Source: Chrysomallon squamiferum (taxonomy: Eukaryota > Animalia > Mollusca). From it: a stretch of 64,000 bases of DNA. Each line of letters starts with the position of its first letter. Within the stretch, counting starts at the first letter, position 1. Below, piece by piece: positions 20,760-37,997 of this stretch. The DNA lies in NCBI GenBank assembly GCA_012295275.1, contig CM022679.1, forward strand, positions 20,894,001-20,958,000, given 5' to 3'. The notes below the pieces were generated by a model that saw only the letters and a list, made by a program, of their open reading frames with translations, was not told the DNA's origin and ran no database searches. The position numbers and the translations under genes were made by a program.

Positions 20760-20947
20760 ATTCATCCATCTCTTCATCCATACATCTATCTATCTATCTA
20801 TCTATCTATAACTATCTATCTATCTTTCTTTCGTATCTCTATTTATCTATATATATCTATCTATCCATCCATCCATCCATCCATTCGTACATACATTTAA
20901 TCTGTGTATAATTATATGAATCTGTCTGCCTATCTAATCTATCTATC

Positions 20948-20991
<44 letters not shown>

Positions 20992-21015
20992 CCTACCTAC
21001 CTATCTATCCATCTA
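20760..21015. repeat. (TATC)n/(CATC)n tetranucleotide tract
   Basis: Seen directly. Confidence 0.9.
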
Positions 21016-21500
21016 TACATATGAATATGTATGCCTGTTTTTGACCGACTGTATATCTACTCCTTATCCATATATCTAATCATCTGTCTGTTGGTTTGTT
21101 TGCATGTCAGTTAACTACCAATTTACTTACCTACCTGTTTGTCTGTCTTATTTTCTGTTTGTTCGTCTCTCTCGTTTGTCCATCCATCACTTATTGACAT
21201 CCCTAAGTCCTTTCATCTATTTATATATCAAACTGTCTGTTTCTCTGTCCGTCCATGTATCCTTCCGTATATCTACATCCCTGTTTCATTGTCTGTCTGT
21301 CTGTAATTTAATGTAAGATGAAAGAAATATCGGTCACCCAGATGTGGTAGCTAATCTGTGATACTAATTAGATTTGTTTTTCTCTTCAGTAAAGTAGCTT
21401 TCTGTTTTTTATATTAAATCAAGAGTTTGTGTACAGTCCTCAGCTGGAAAGATAAGATAGAAAGAGACACAAGCCAGATGTCTAAACCAGTGAAATGGCC

Positions 21501-21502
<2 letters not shown>

Positions 21503-21581
<79 letters not shown>
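21503..21581. repeat. (AG)n microsatellite
   Basis: Seen directly. Confidence 0.97.
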
Positions 21582-21582
<1 letters not shown>

Positions 21583-23103
21583 ACCAAAGACTTAGGATGT
21601 GGTTGACTCTTGCTTTGAAGATTTGTAGAATTACACAACACAAATAAATTATACAGACACGTTATTCTTGTTCTTGTTCACGTTATTCTGTATAAAGAAT
21701 CAGACAACAGGTCCTGTTACCATTAGCTGAACTTTGATTCGCCAAGTTACACCATTTTCTTGTTTTTAATAATTAAGTGAATATACTTATAATAATGATT
21801 ATGAGAGTTTAGAAAGTAAAACGAAACAACTATTTTTGTCAGTGTTTTGTTGTTGTTGTTGTTGTTGTTGTTGCTGTTGTTGTTGTTGTTGTTGTTGTTG
21901 TTGCTGCCCGCTTACGCTGCTGTTGTGAACGTTTATAATCTGCCTGTTTGTATTTAACACGTACTTATTATGTACCACTTATGTGTGTCTACATGTGTGC
22001 TTATACGTGCTTGAAGGTATGTATTTATGTGAGTGTACGTGCGTGCACTGGTGCTTATCCGTTGTAAATATATAATAAATATAAAACCTAAAAAGACCTA
22101 TAAACCAAGATTAGTATTGCTTTAACGATATCAGTAGCAAAAAATACTCACTTCGTGAGAAAGGAGGAGAATACGAGGAAACTGTCTGCACGGTTATAAA
22201 TCATTCAAACAGTATTTCTGTTTTAAGTCGAGTCTTGCGACATGTTTGCTAACACCACACAGACGAACACATTGTTGTTTGATTTAACTGCCTGCTGGTT
22301 TTTTCTACAGCAGCCTTGTTTAACTATTTACATTAGAATGATATCACAACCTAAGATGACCACGTGTTCTTCTGTAATTTTGAGTGGAAAAAAGATGATG
22401 ATGTTGATAATGAAGACGATAATGATGATTATGATGATATAAATTAAAATAATAATACGATGATAAAAATAAAATAATGATGGTAATGATGATGATGGTG
22501 AAATTGATGGCCATAATAATGATGATGATGATAATGATGACGATGTCGATGATGATGACGGTAATAATGATGATGATGATCATGATTAAAAAGTGCATCA
22601 CTCCATATTATTAAATATAAAATGCCAAGTCTATTTTCTTGCAACATAAAACAATAATTATTCTTCACAATTAGATTTAGTAAAATACAAAACTTTTTAG
22701 CGCTGCCATGGTTACATCACTGGCGTCATTGCATACAGGCAGACGGCTGACTCTATTTTTTTCTGAAATTGTAAGAAACTGTCGAGCATTACTCATGTCA
22801 GTCGCGTACGCGATGACATCACGACAATAGAAAAATAGCCGTGCCCAAATATTTTTTACCCTACCATTTTATTTTATTTATTTTATTTTTCAGCCCGACC
22901 GATCCCGAATTTAATAAACTTTCGGTCTCAAATGGCGAAATGTAAAATTTTACCTTTATCGAACGAATACTGTTCAGTATATTTTTGCCCTTTTCTTTCA
23001 ACTTAACATTTATTTATATATGAATTTATTGTACTGTGCTATACTATTTACTATACCATACCATATTATATTATATTATATTATACTTTAGTATATTATT
23101 ATA

Positions 23104-23159
<56 letters not shown>

Positions 23160-26100
23160 TCCTTTCAGTTATTTATATAAATGTATTGCTGTCACCTACC
23201 AAAGGTTTGCGTTAACTGATTTTAAAAGACATCGGTGCCTACGGAGGAAATGAAACACGGACAATCCAATATGTCAGCTACCATTGCTGATAGAACAGTA
23301 ACTTAGTGTAAGTTGTGTTATAATTTTCATTTTAGCATAACTTCGTTTATAAGTATTCATTTATACACTAATCTTAATCATTCTTAAGTTTACTTCCAAA
23401 TGTAATTCATATGTAATTTTATGATATTCATCATATTGAGAATGAGATAATTTATATAATCATTTAATTATAAATGATGTAAATTATAATTAATATATAA
23501 TTAATATTTTATTATAATGATGATTTTTATTTATATCGTATTCTCAATACCAATACTGATATAGTCTAAACTATAACTTTATGCTTTATAAGTATAATTA
23601 TAATATATTATTAGTAGTATATTACTTATAAAGTTTTAATAATCATAACATAAGTAATGTAACATTCCACGATTATAAATATTAATGAAAAAATCACACT
23701 TTTTAGTCCACCTCTTTAAATTTAAGTCTGTTCAGGTTTTTATTCAGTAATCTGGTTCGGCAGATATAAAAAGTCATTCAAAACTGTCTAAAGCAATATT
23801 TGCTTGTCAGACATGTCAAATCAACCATCTTGTTTTCTTTTCATCTACATGTTACCTACAGTTAATCGCTTCTGGGTATGAAAGTTAGGTCTGAAACTTG
23901 ATTTTAAATGAAATAAGGAGAGCAGAGCCTACTTATTGTTATGTCAGGCCACTAAAAAAAAAAAAAAAAAAAAAAAAAATTAAGAAAGGAAGAAATCATA
24001 TCCAAATTTCTGTTAATACTTTTGGTTCCACTTTTATCATTGTTGTACTTTTGTAAATGACATTTCTTGTGTTTTTTCATAGTGTTTTTTAAAAAAAATA
24101 AAAGATTAGTATTATATATATAAATAATATGCCCATGAAAATTGGTTTACAGTAATTTATTTTAATTAAAACTCCAGCCCTTTGTTTATTCAGTCATAAA
24201 TATATTGACACAGGGACTACTGATAATCAATACACAAAAAACAAAAACAGTACACATAAAATGTGACAACAAAATGGTTTCTGATTAACATTTAAATTAG
24301 TTTGTTGATATTTATAAATACAAAAATGATAAACGTCACAGACTGAACAAAGCTTATTACAACTGTTAAGCTGACATGTAGCTTGAACAAAATACTGAGC
24401 AGTATATTTCAAATTTATTTTTTTAATTTTTTGAGAGAGAGAGATCCAAAATATTATTCTGTATTAAAAAGCATAACTGTTCTGCCTTCCATTTTTTATT
24501 AAAAGAAATAAACTCCATTACATATAACATTACCACTGTGATTATCATACTCTCCCCATTGAATATCTGCAAGTAAAATGTAGCTGTTAGTTAGTAAGAG
24601 AGACCAAGAAGGAACAGCAACAGTAGACGTTTATGTGCATATATATTCGTGTTTGTATGTATGTCATTTAAAAAAAAAGTAAAAAGAAAATAATCTATAA
24701 TTTTCACTGTAAACACATGAGGTTATTATTCATTCATGTGCTTGTTAGTGTTAACATAAAAACAAACTGAAAAAGCAGGTTTGTGGCTGCATTGTTTGGT
24801 TATTTATCTTTCTATTGAAAGTAGGTATTTAAATTTGATAATCAGAAACAAACAATCTGTTTCAAAGCTGCTGATTTTTTTAAAAACTTTTTGTAAAGAC
24901 CCATAATTATAAATATTCTTATTTGTATGTTTTTGAATTTTGAATGCACACATTCTCATGCACTCATAGATACATACAAATAATTTGTGAAATTGTGATA
25001 ATGTTCAGTAATGATTTAAAAAGAACCAAAAGCATTAATAATTGTAAATAAATAATAAAATGATTTTAATATTATTTATATAACATCCCCAAGTAGTGAA
25101 AAATGTTTTATACACTTTCATAAACAGCTTTAGCTGTACGTACACTTTTATCCTTTACAGAAAGTAAAAACAACATACAGTGTGTGGTATGATTCATGCA
25201 AAAGATTAAACTTGTTCATTTGCTTTTGGCATGCTCTTTATGATATATTCTTATGTTTTTCATCAAGTTATTTTTGTCAGAAATGTAGGAAACAGAATGG
25301 TAAACAACAGGCTTATATGTAATTTAACATAGATTTAAACACTTGGAAATGCATTCATGATGTCATTGCATGGTGCATAAATTTTTTATGAAGTTAACTT
25401 TCACTTGTTGTTTAACAACACTTTAACATATTTTTAGTTTTCATTATGATTATTAATGAAGAAATAAACCTTTTGTATAATAATAATAATATGTGAGATA
25501 TTAGGTAATGACATATGGAATTTGAAGTTGTTGTTTTTTTGGAAACTCTTTCTGCAACAAGCAAAAATAAACATATCATAGTTTACACTACACCAGCTGT
25601 TTTTCATTAGCAAAAATTGGAAATAAACCAATGAAAGAACTGATGAGGCTTGATCTTGCAGCCTACAAGTTCTTATTGATGAAAGTAGTGTTTGGTTTTA
25701 AAATATTATTATGGATAGAAAAAAAAGAAAAAATTTCCAATTTTATATGTGCCAAAACATTTACAAAATAAAACAAATTGTTCTTCAACTTGAACAAGAT
25801 ATAATTAAAAAAAGAAACACCAAGGAGGATTGATCCATTATGCTGTTGATTTCCAAACAAAATCAATATGACTGTTGAAATATATTCAGTGGTTCAAACA
25901 AAAAAATTAGTTTTTATCCAGATCTACAACATTTCTTTCAAGAAGAAAACAAAAAATTGAAAAAAAAAAAATCCAGTTATTTTTATAGAAGAATCTAGAT
26001 ATATATTTTTTTTAATGGAAAATAGTCTTTAACCCCACATTTGGTTAAAGGTTTTCTTGTCTGTATTATCTATATAGATCAATTATAAAATCAAAATTGT

Positions 26101-26746
26101 ATTATGGATGCATAGATCTGCATGGATTCATACCTGTAGATGCTTCATCCTATGTACAACCAGGGACTTAGATTTTGACTTGGTGAGCACTTTTAAAATC
26201 ATCTGTCGAAAGTTTGTACATTGATTCACATGAACCTTGTTTGCATGTTAGATGTACAAAACTACTTTAAAGTACATATCTAAATTAAAATCATTACCAA
26301 AACATTGTATTTAAAACCTGGTGTTTGAAGAAAAACATGTTTCTTTATTTGATCCAAGGCCTTTTACTATTCAAATAATTGTTAACTGCATCTAGCATTA
26401 ACTTTATGACTAATGGAAATTTTTCATATTTTATTCTTCCACCATGGTATATCAAACCACTTGATATTGTATTTGATCTGATTCATCAGAAAATATTTTT
26501 ATTTTACACTGAATAATGTTATTTATTAATTTTTAAAAATGTTTTTCATCATTCATTTTAAAGTTTATTTTGTTATTGTTTAAGGAAGCTATATCACCTT
26601 TTATCCGTATTTTTCAGATATAAGATGTTAAAATTCCCAGCAACATGATTACCACTGTCACTTAATCTGATTCACAGAAGGAAAAAACCATATCTTCAAA
26701 GAGTGTTAATACTAACTTTAAAACAAAATATTGTGGTTAAGAGATA

Positions 26747-29700
26747 ATGCAGTGTTATTCAAGGTCTTGTTTTGTGGCAGCAACCCACTCCAGGTCGTTT
26801 ACTTTCCTCAGACTCTGCTGTTTCTGCAGAACTTTCTGCTTCTCTGCAGCTTCTTGCAGCACTGACAGCCTGAAAAGGATTCCAGACCATGATGAAAAAA
26901 ACAAAAGAAAACTTTTGCACAGACTGCACAACAGACAGCTGAATGTTACACAGAAAGAAAGTAATGACCTTATCAGTGACCTTCCACCAGAAGATACTTT
27001 TGGACTGCTTTCAAGAAAACCAAGACAGCAGACGTCATCTGATGATCAAAAAGAAATAAAGGCTGCTGGTTTGAATCAGAGGTTGACGTCAGTGAAATCT
27101 AACAAGTGGTTAGCCAGGGATCAAGTTGATGAACACTGGGCTGATACTTTTGGTACCCTGGTTAAAGATGATGACATAGCTGTTGTAGAAGAAATAGAAA
27201 GGTTTGTAAAATAGTTTCATATTAAAATTTCCTTTTTCTTCTTGGTTTCTGTGTGTTTGGACCAGATCAATAATCTTGAAATGTTTTACAGTTGTAACAG
27301 TTTTGATAGTATCAAGAATAATAGGTATTAAATTACACTAAGTATAGGTTTTTTAACCTTTGATATTTTGTAATACATTTTTCTCCCACACTGTTAAATG
27401 AAAAGGTTTTACTGTTATAGACTGCTTTGTTTGTTGTTGTTGTTTTGTCATTTATTTTTATATCCAAGTTTTATAATCTTATTGTAGAGATGAGGACGAA
27501 AGAAAACGACCATTAACAGGACAGAAACATTCTCCAGAATGGTATGGTCGACAAATAGAAAAACTTGGAAAGAAGTGGAAGGTATATATTTATTGTGTGA
27601 TATGAAGAAATGATCTAAATACATTCTGTATATATCCAAATTATATTGTTTGTTTTGTGTTTTTTTTTTTTGCCAGTTTTAATTAATAATGAAGTATAAC
27701 ACTAAAAGAGTACAATAAAAATATTAGTTTGGACTCCTCAGTTTTTACGCAGAATTTGTGACATTATTGTGTACACAGTGGACCAGTGTGTTTGGTTTCT
27801 TCTGATACAAACAACCAAAAAACCATCTATCACACATCTTGTACCAATTGTGAAGAGATAAATTAAAGGCATTAAAGCTCTTATTTGTTGTCATAATTTA
27901 TTATTAATGATAATAGGTGGCTCAAACAATGTACGATAAATAAAAATACATTTTTTAAACTTGTTTTATTCATATCACCAAAATTTATATAGAAATCTTG
28001 AAATTAAAATTCTTCAATTATGATTATTATCATTATATATGTTTAAATGAAAGAAAAAAAAAATCATTGTTTAGAATCATTTGAAAATATACTGAAATAT
28101 ATTCTGTGTTGTATATTATTATTTTGAGAGTTTGTATAATTATCAGGTAAAAGAAGCTATAGAGGTTTTGGAAGAAGACATGTTGATAAAAGACAGAGTT
28201 ATGCCGAATGCATACGTGTTCAGTGTTCTTATAGGAGTGCTGGGTAGAGCAGGTTACACCAAAAAAGCTTTCCAGCTCTTTAACAAGGTATTTAATTAAA
28301 CTGCTTCTGTTACAATGAGTCATAAACTTCTGAATAGTTGGGGTTTTTTTTCACTCACACCCTGTTGAAATCTACAAATTTACTTTTCAGATGAAAAGAA
28401 TGGGAATAAAACCTGATGAACCTACATACACATCACTCTTTTAATGCCTGTTCTAATTCTCCTTGGTCAGAGGATGGGCTGACCAGAGCACACAACCTTT
28501 ACAGTCTGATGGTCAAGCAGGGGGTGCAGCCCAATCTGATCAACTACAAAGCAATGATCAAAGCTTTTGGGAAGTGTGGAGACTTGAGAAAGGCTTTTGC
28601 TGTAATGGATGAACTGTGTGAACATTACAGACCAGATGCAGAGAGTTTCAGTTTTCTCCTCATGGCTTGTATCAGTGACAAAGAGGCAGGATTTAAACAT
28701 GCTTTACAGGTAAATCATTAACTCTGATCATCAAATCCCATTTTGTTTCTTTAACTTTAAAAAGTCATCCATACAAACAGTATACATGTATATGCTGTCA
28801 ATTTATTTCCTTTTGATCTAGTGTTTAACCTTTATTGTGTCAAGGTGCAATGATGTCTATTTGTTTTATTTTTCCTGCTAATCTGCTAATTGTTATCATT
28901 ACAAAATTTTAACAAGTATAAATGCAAAAAAAAAAAAAAAAACCTGGTAAAAACCACTAATGTTCTGTTTATATTTTATTTTAATTTTCATTAATTTTCT
29001 GTTTGTTATTAAATTTATCTGAATATGTCTCTGCAACCATCTTGTTTTCAGGTGTGGCGTTTGTTAAAGGTGTACAACATGAAACCTGACCTGGCTCTGT
29101 ACAACCTGCTGTTACGAGTTGTCCGAGACTGTTCCTTCGACAAACACAACACTGGAGAAACATTTGTACTTGGACCTCCCAAGCAAGATCACAAAGATCT
29201 AAACCTTCCTCAGACTGACTCTAATATTTTTACTCTGCTTGAAGGTAGCAAATCAGATTTAAATCAAAGAGGACAAGATTTAAAAGATACAAGAGAAGAC
29301 ATAAAAGAAAAAGAAATTGGTTCAAAAGAAGGAAAACAAGAACAGATAATGAGTGAAGATGAAACTAGTGGTGAATACTGGTGGCAAAATGGATCTGATT
29401 ATCCACATCCAGATAATCAAAGTCTTTCTTCTTTGGTGTTGAAACCGAATGAAAACAAACAGCAGAACAGTTTGTCTCTTAACAAAGCTGAACATCGTCT
29501 TCAGCTGTTTGGTGGTTGTCGTGGATGGTTGAGGTGTATGGACGCTGATGGTGTGAAGCCTGATGTGAAAATCTTCACTCAGCTGGGTGATATTCTGTCA
29601 CACTCAGACCTGGAAACAGAACTGCTGTCAGAGATGGAGAAGTATGGAGTGAAACCTGACATTGATCTGTTAAATAATTTAATTCATACACGCTGCATGA

Positions 29701-31472
29701 GACAAGAGTTTTCAGCTGCCAAAGTATGTGGTTCATTTTCTGTATCCATTCATTATTACATAGTAAATTATGCATTAATTTATTTTTGACATATTGTGAG
29801 ATTTTAGCAACTCAAGGTTAACTTGTAGTTTGGTATTCATTTATCATTTTATGTCATATTAAATGGAGAAGTTATACAAATAGAATCAACAGAAATATAT
29901 TATAAATTGTTTTGGATATGTAGGACGTTGTCCAGCACATAGAGAAATATGGACTCCAGCCCAACATGCAAACCTTTGGTTGTTTGGCAATGACTTGTAG
30001 AAAGAGAACTGAGGGTCTTGAACTTCTTAAAGATATGGAGGTAATATAACATTTTTAACACTTTGAACAGCCCTGGCAAAAAGACCAAAATTTGCAGTAT
30101 CCATTTTGATCTTGGATAGCTGATTGGCTGAATATCTAATGTGCATGACATTATTCATAAAAACAACAGATGATGGCAAATATATTAACTGCTCAAATAT
30201 ATATATTTTGGGTTCAAAGGATTAATAACTGTTTTTTGCCAGTTTTTTTTTTTATATATTTGATTGTTTATTAACATTGATATAGTGTTTCACTGTGTTT
30301 ATTTTTATCATTACCATCACAGATATGTGCAGATTTATAAAAAGTGACAGATTTGTATAGAATTTAAGACATAGACATTGCCATTTAGGCAAGAGGTATA
30401 AAAATTAAAATAATTATAGATAGTTCAATATATATAATTTGTTTAGAACTTCTAGAATTAGTTTAAGAACAAACTTAATATTTCTTATTTTAATTGCTTT
30501 ATGTGTGTGTTGTGTTGAGTGTGTGTATATATGTGTGTGTATATATATATATATATATAGACAGTTTTTACATTTACTCTAGAAAATGAATCTTGTGCCA
30601 AATATTGAAGTTCTTGGAACACTGATATATGCAAGCAATATGGATTTCTACTACAAAATGGACATCTTAAAAATCTGTGAAGAACTCGACCAAAAACCAA
30701 ATACCAAATTCTTGCAGAACACAGAACGTGCAATTGCAGCAGCCAAAGCTGCTCTGGTTAAAGTTGTAAGTAGTAATAGTCATAATAATCATAAAAATAA
30801 TAATAACAGTAATTAAAATAATAAAAAAAATAAAAAAAATAGTAATAATAAAAATAATAATAGGAATAAAAGTATTACTACTCTACTACTAATAATAGTA
30901 ATAAAAGTATTATTACTCTACTAATAATAGTAATAATAATAATAATTATACACTGATGCCAATTTTGTGCAGTTTCTGTGTTTTTATTTTTTTAAATCAT
31001 TATCTGGGCTGGGTCTGGGCTTTTTTCAGATCCTTTATTATTATCATCATCATCTTTCTTTGTTTTGTTTTTTTTGGTCTACTTTTCTAATTAGTGAAAA
31101 GCAGGATACTTTTGAGTACCATGTCACACACGCTACAGTATCACAGATGTGGATATATTGGTATTTCGGGACATTTTAATCAGTGTACATAACAATGAAA
31201 ATGTATTTTAATTTGCTGTTACTGTTAATGTAATCTTTCTGGATTTATTTTATAACATCATTTATTTTTTTGTTGTAACATGAGACCTTGTTATTAAATT
31301 CAGATTTTGGGGGGGGTTTTAATTTCAGGAAAAAGGTTATAATATGGATGACTATTACCATTCTGACTACTTCCAAAGTGGATTCGAGAAATTCATGCTT
31401 TACTACAAACCTTGGCTAGAGAGAACAAAATGTGAAATACCTACTCATCCATGGAAGTCTTTCAGAAACTGA
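26747..31472 (+). CDS. PTCD1: Pentatricopeptide repeat domain protein 1, mitochondrial (~707 aa after removing one extra T at 28439-28442)
   Basis: Exons 26747-27201, 27488-27581, 28147-28287, 28391-28709, 29052-29723, 29924-30040, 30583-30765, 31329-31472. Arg/Ser-rich mitochondrial presequence, DTFGTL motifs, PPR repeats (YVFSVLIGVLGRAGYTKKAFQLFNKMK; YKAMIKAFGKCGD), ACISDKEAGFKHALQVWR, RLQLFGG and a C-terminal HPW. Confidence 0.92.
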
Positions 31473-32559
31473 ATTGGTGCTCCACAAATAAATGAGAATA
31501 AAGGTGTTTATTTCATCTCATTTTAATTTGTTTTTTAAATAAACAGATAAAAAATACAAAAACAAATAATTTGTTAAAAATGGAATGCATTTAATAATTC
31601 AGAAGTAACATTTGATAGTAAAATTTGATATATCACATATCATCAAAGCATTCCTAAAATAAACAAAAACCTAAAGCACATTATTGCAGATCATTCCACA
31701 TAATTATATACAAAAAGAGCTACAAAGAATCTGTCCCCAGAACATGTATTCTGTAAAGCAAGTCATTAATTCCTTTTCTTCTGTAAAATAGACCAATTCA
31801 TAGACTTGCAATATAAACATGATTTCTTACTGTCAGAATGCACAATTATTTGCAAACTTGTACTTCCAGTTGTGTACATTTATATTTTAAGCAGAAAAAC
31901 ATTAAACATCACTAACACGTAAATGATATTTAAATTAACATGGACAAATTATGTACGTGCTGATTACAGGAAATCAGCTTTAGTCTGTACACCATGCAAG
32001 AATGAAAGAAATGAAAATATTTTCATTAAATATGGACCATGTGATTTCGAAATATATGACACCAAAAAAGAAGGCTGTCTTGAATTTTGAGTATTCTTAA
32101 GTGAACATTTAATGATGGCTCACAATGCTGGTTAATCATATGTTAGTTCAACATAGTTTTGAACTTAGGAAATTGGCTTGTAGTAAGTGAATTTTTATTT
32201 TTTATTTTCCAAAGACAGGATAACACATACCATAACTTTTCACAGTTATGGAGAATAGCAGAAACAGTAACCCATCCTATCTCCATCTATCTGCTTGACA
32301 ACTGAGGCAAAGCCCATACTTGTACAAATATTATTGATTAAACCCTCACAGTAATGTGTAAAAATGATAAACCCCTCATATACATTGATTTATATACAAT
32401 GTCATAGTATTCCCTTATGTACAAAAATTATAAATTAAAATGTTATTTTATGTACAAAATATAATACATAATAAGTTTATATTGTTCAGACAACTTTCAA
32501 GACTGGTCTAAACAATAAACTATATGCCCAGTGAAAAATAAATATCAAGTAACAATGTT

Positions 32560-35788
<3,229 letters not shown>

Positions 35789-35789
35789 A

Positions 35790-35960
35790 ATTTGCTGAAA
35801 ACCAACAAAATTGGAATGCCAACCGGACCACAAATTTCACTGAACGTCGAAACTACTGACTGACGTGACGGTGGCAAGCGGAACCGGTGTCAACCTTAAA
35901 ACGTATACTTAAGAATAAAAGCTATTTCTTCGCTGCGGCAAACATGTTTCGAGATATAGA
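35790..35960. promoter_or_regulatory. Putative bidirectional promoter of TVP23 and the elongase
   Basis: Head-to-head genes, local CpG enrichment, TGACGTGA (UPRE/CREB3-XBP1-like) at 35861-35868. The elongase ATG follows an acceptor at 36563-36564, implying an upstream non-coding exon. Confidence 0.55.
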
Positions 35961-36571
35961 TAATTAAAAAAAGGTATTTTAGACGATTCTATTCATTTAA
36001 TTACTCTCTCTCAGTTAAATAATATTCTAGTAAAGACAACATAATTAATAGGAATTAAACAATTAACCAAAATTATTATCTTGTATAATTACATTGCATT
36101 GGCATTATTATAGTTGTAGTATGTAAATTCCTTCTGAAGATGGTGCGCATTTGGACGTTCGCAGATACTTCAAATATTACTATTTCTGTTAACGTTTGCT
36201 TCGGTTACGATACTGCAGTGATAATATACTATAGAGCAGCCATTTAAATTATAAGAAAAAGTAATGAAATACATATCATTCCATAAACAGAACTAAATTC
36301 GTTTATTAGTTGTTTAATATATCATTATGATTATGATCATTATCATGTAACATTGCACAGTTTCTCAGTTTTGTGTATAATAAAAAATAAACAACGCTTT
36401 ATTTAATTCACAAGTAATAGACATATTATTACTAAAAACAATCTTTGGTCTGCACAGACTATGAAAAATCAATGATTTTTGTTGTAATGTGTAAATAACC
36501 AGTGCTTATTATTTACTTAAAATTGAATTACATTTTAATAAAAAAAAATTATTTTGTTTTTTAGCACAAAT

Positions 36572-37005
36572 ATGACTGAAGTTTCATCAGTGAAACTAGT
36601 AAGAGGGTTACAACTAATAACAAGTTTACCATCATTCCCAGTTTTCTGTATTTATTTGTTTATCATATTTGGATCCCAATGGTGGCAGAAGTATTTTCAA
36701 CCTCTGAGTCTCAAGTCTGTAAGTATTTTAGATATTCTAACTTTTATCAGATTATGTCACCTCTGTTGTCTTCAGCTAATGTTTATTAATAGAATAATTC
36801 ATTTTAAGATTTGGAAATAAGTTTTAATAAATACAGAATAATAAAAATGGTAACCGTAGTAGTATATAAATGGTTCATGAACATAAGGTACTCAAATGAA
36901 TTATACCTAGATACTTAAAAAGGATACATTTATATCTATAAGCTTTTATAATTTTATGTGGAATTTAACTACAGTTAACAAACACACACACACACACGCG
37001 CTCAT

Positions 37006-37054
<49 letters not shown>

Positions 37055-37997
37055 TACACACACACACACATGCAGTCAATCCTGAATCTAAGTCCACCTC
37101 AGAAAGTCAGTCACCTATGTTGGGCTTTCTTAGAAAGTCCTTTTTCATATATATGTTAATTAAGGCTTTTCATTTATATTGTTACACATAGACATTAGTA
37201 TTAATTAGCTTTTAACATTAACATGATATTGTTTTATATAACTGTTGCTGTTCAGATGAACATAGTTATACATGGTTATGTATGGTATTGATTATCTTAA
37301 CAATTAATATAATATTGTTTTATTAAATTATGAATGTTCAGGTGTACATAACTATACATATAGCATTAATTTTGTTAATATAATATTGTTTAATTAAACT
37401 GTATAATTTATTTTACAGATTCTCATTGTGTACAACTTCGTCTGTTGTGCTGTCAATGCTGTGGTCATGATTGGCTTTATTTATGGCCTCCTTCACAGCA
37501 AATCAATCTTTGAGAAAGAAAACTCAGAATTCCTCAGGACATATTTTTTAATATACTGGATAACAAAAATATCTGAACTGTTGGACACTATTTTTATGAT
37601 TCTTCGACATAAACATCGCCAGATATCTTTTCTGCATGTTTACCATCATTCATCTATGTTGTTGCTAAGCAATTTGGCATACCAGTTCTACTCATGGCCA
37701 GCTATTGCTTTCTTTCTGTCAATTAACAGTTTTGTTCATGTGTTTTTGTATTTGTATTATGGTTTGTGTGCCGTTTTTCCTAAGGATCCGCCAAAATGGA
37801 AAAAACAAGTTACTCAGTTACAGATTGTCCAGTTTTTCACAGATTTTGTGTTTGCTCTCGTTGGTTATGTAAATCATGGTTTTTGTATTTATGGCATTTT
37901 TTATGGATTGACAATGACTTATTTGTTTTGTAATTTTTATTACCTTGCATATGTACGGAGCAAAAAGAAAGATGCTACAAGTGAAAAAGTTGACTGA
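36572..37997 (+). CDS. ELO/GNS1/SUR4-family fatty acid elongase (ELOVL-like), 241 aa
   Basis: Exons 36572-36718 and 37419-37997 (phase 0). Motifs KxxELLDT, RQISFLHVYHH (HxxHH box), NSFVHVFLYLYY and WKKQVTQLQIVQF; multiple transmembrane segments. Confidence 0.93.

Noticed and set aside
22738-22846. Imperfect inverted repeat GGCAGACGGCT...AGCCGTGCCC
   Set aside because: Too short and gapped, with no TSD, to call a transposon.
25636-25672. CTGATGAGGCT...AGCC hairpin resembling a hammerhead ribozyme or SECIS
   Set aside because: No GAAA after stem II, no SECIS geometry, and no in-frame UGA gene nearby.
28141-28153. AG|GT recursive-splice-like junctions (PTCD1 exon 3, TVP23 exon 2, FAM20C exon 7)
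   Set aside because: Explained by Val/Gly codons at exon starts; the introns are short and the exons are required.
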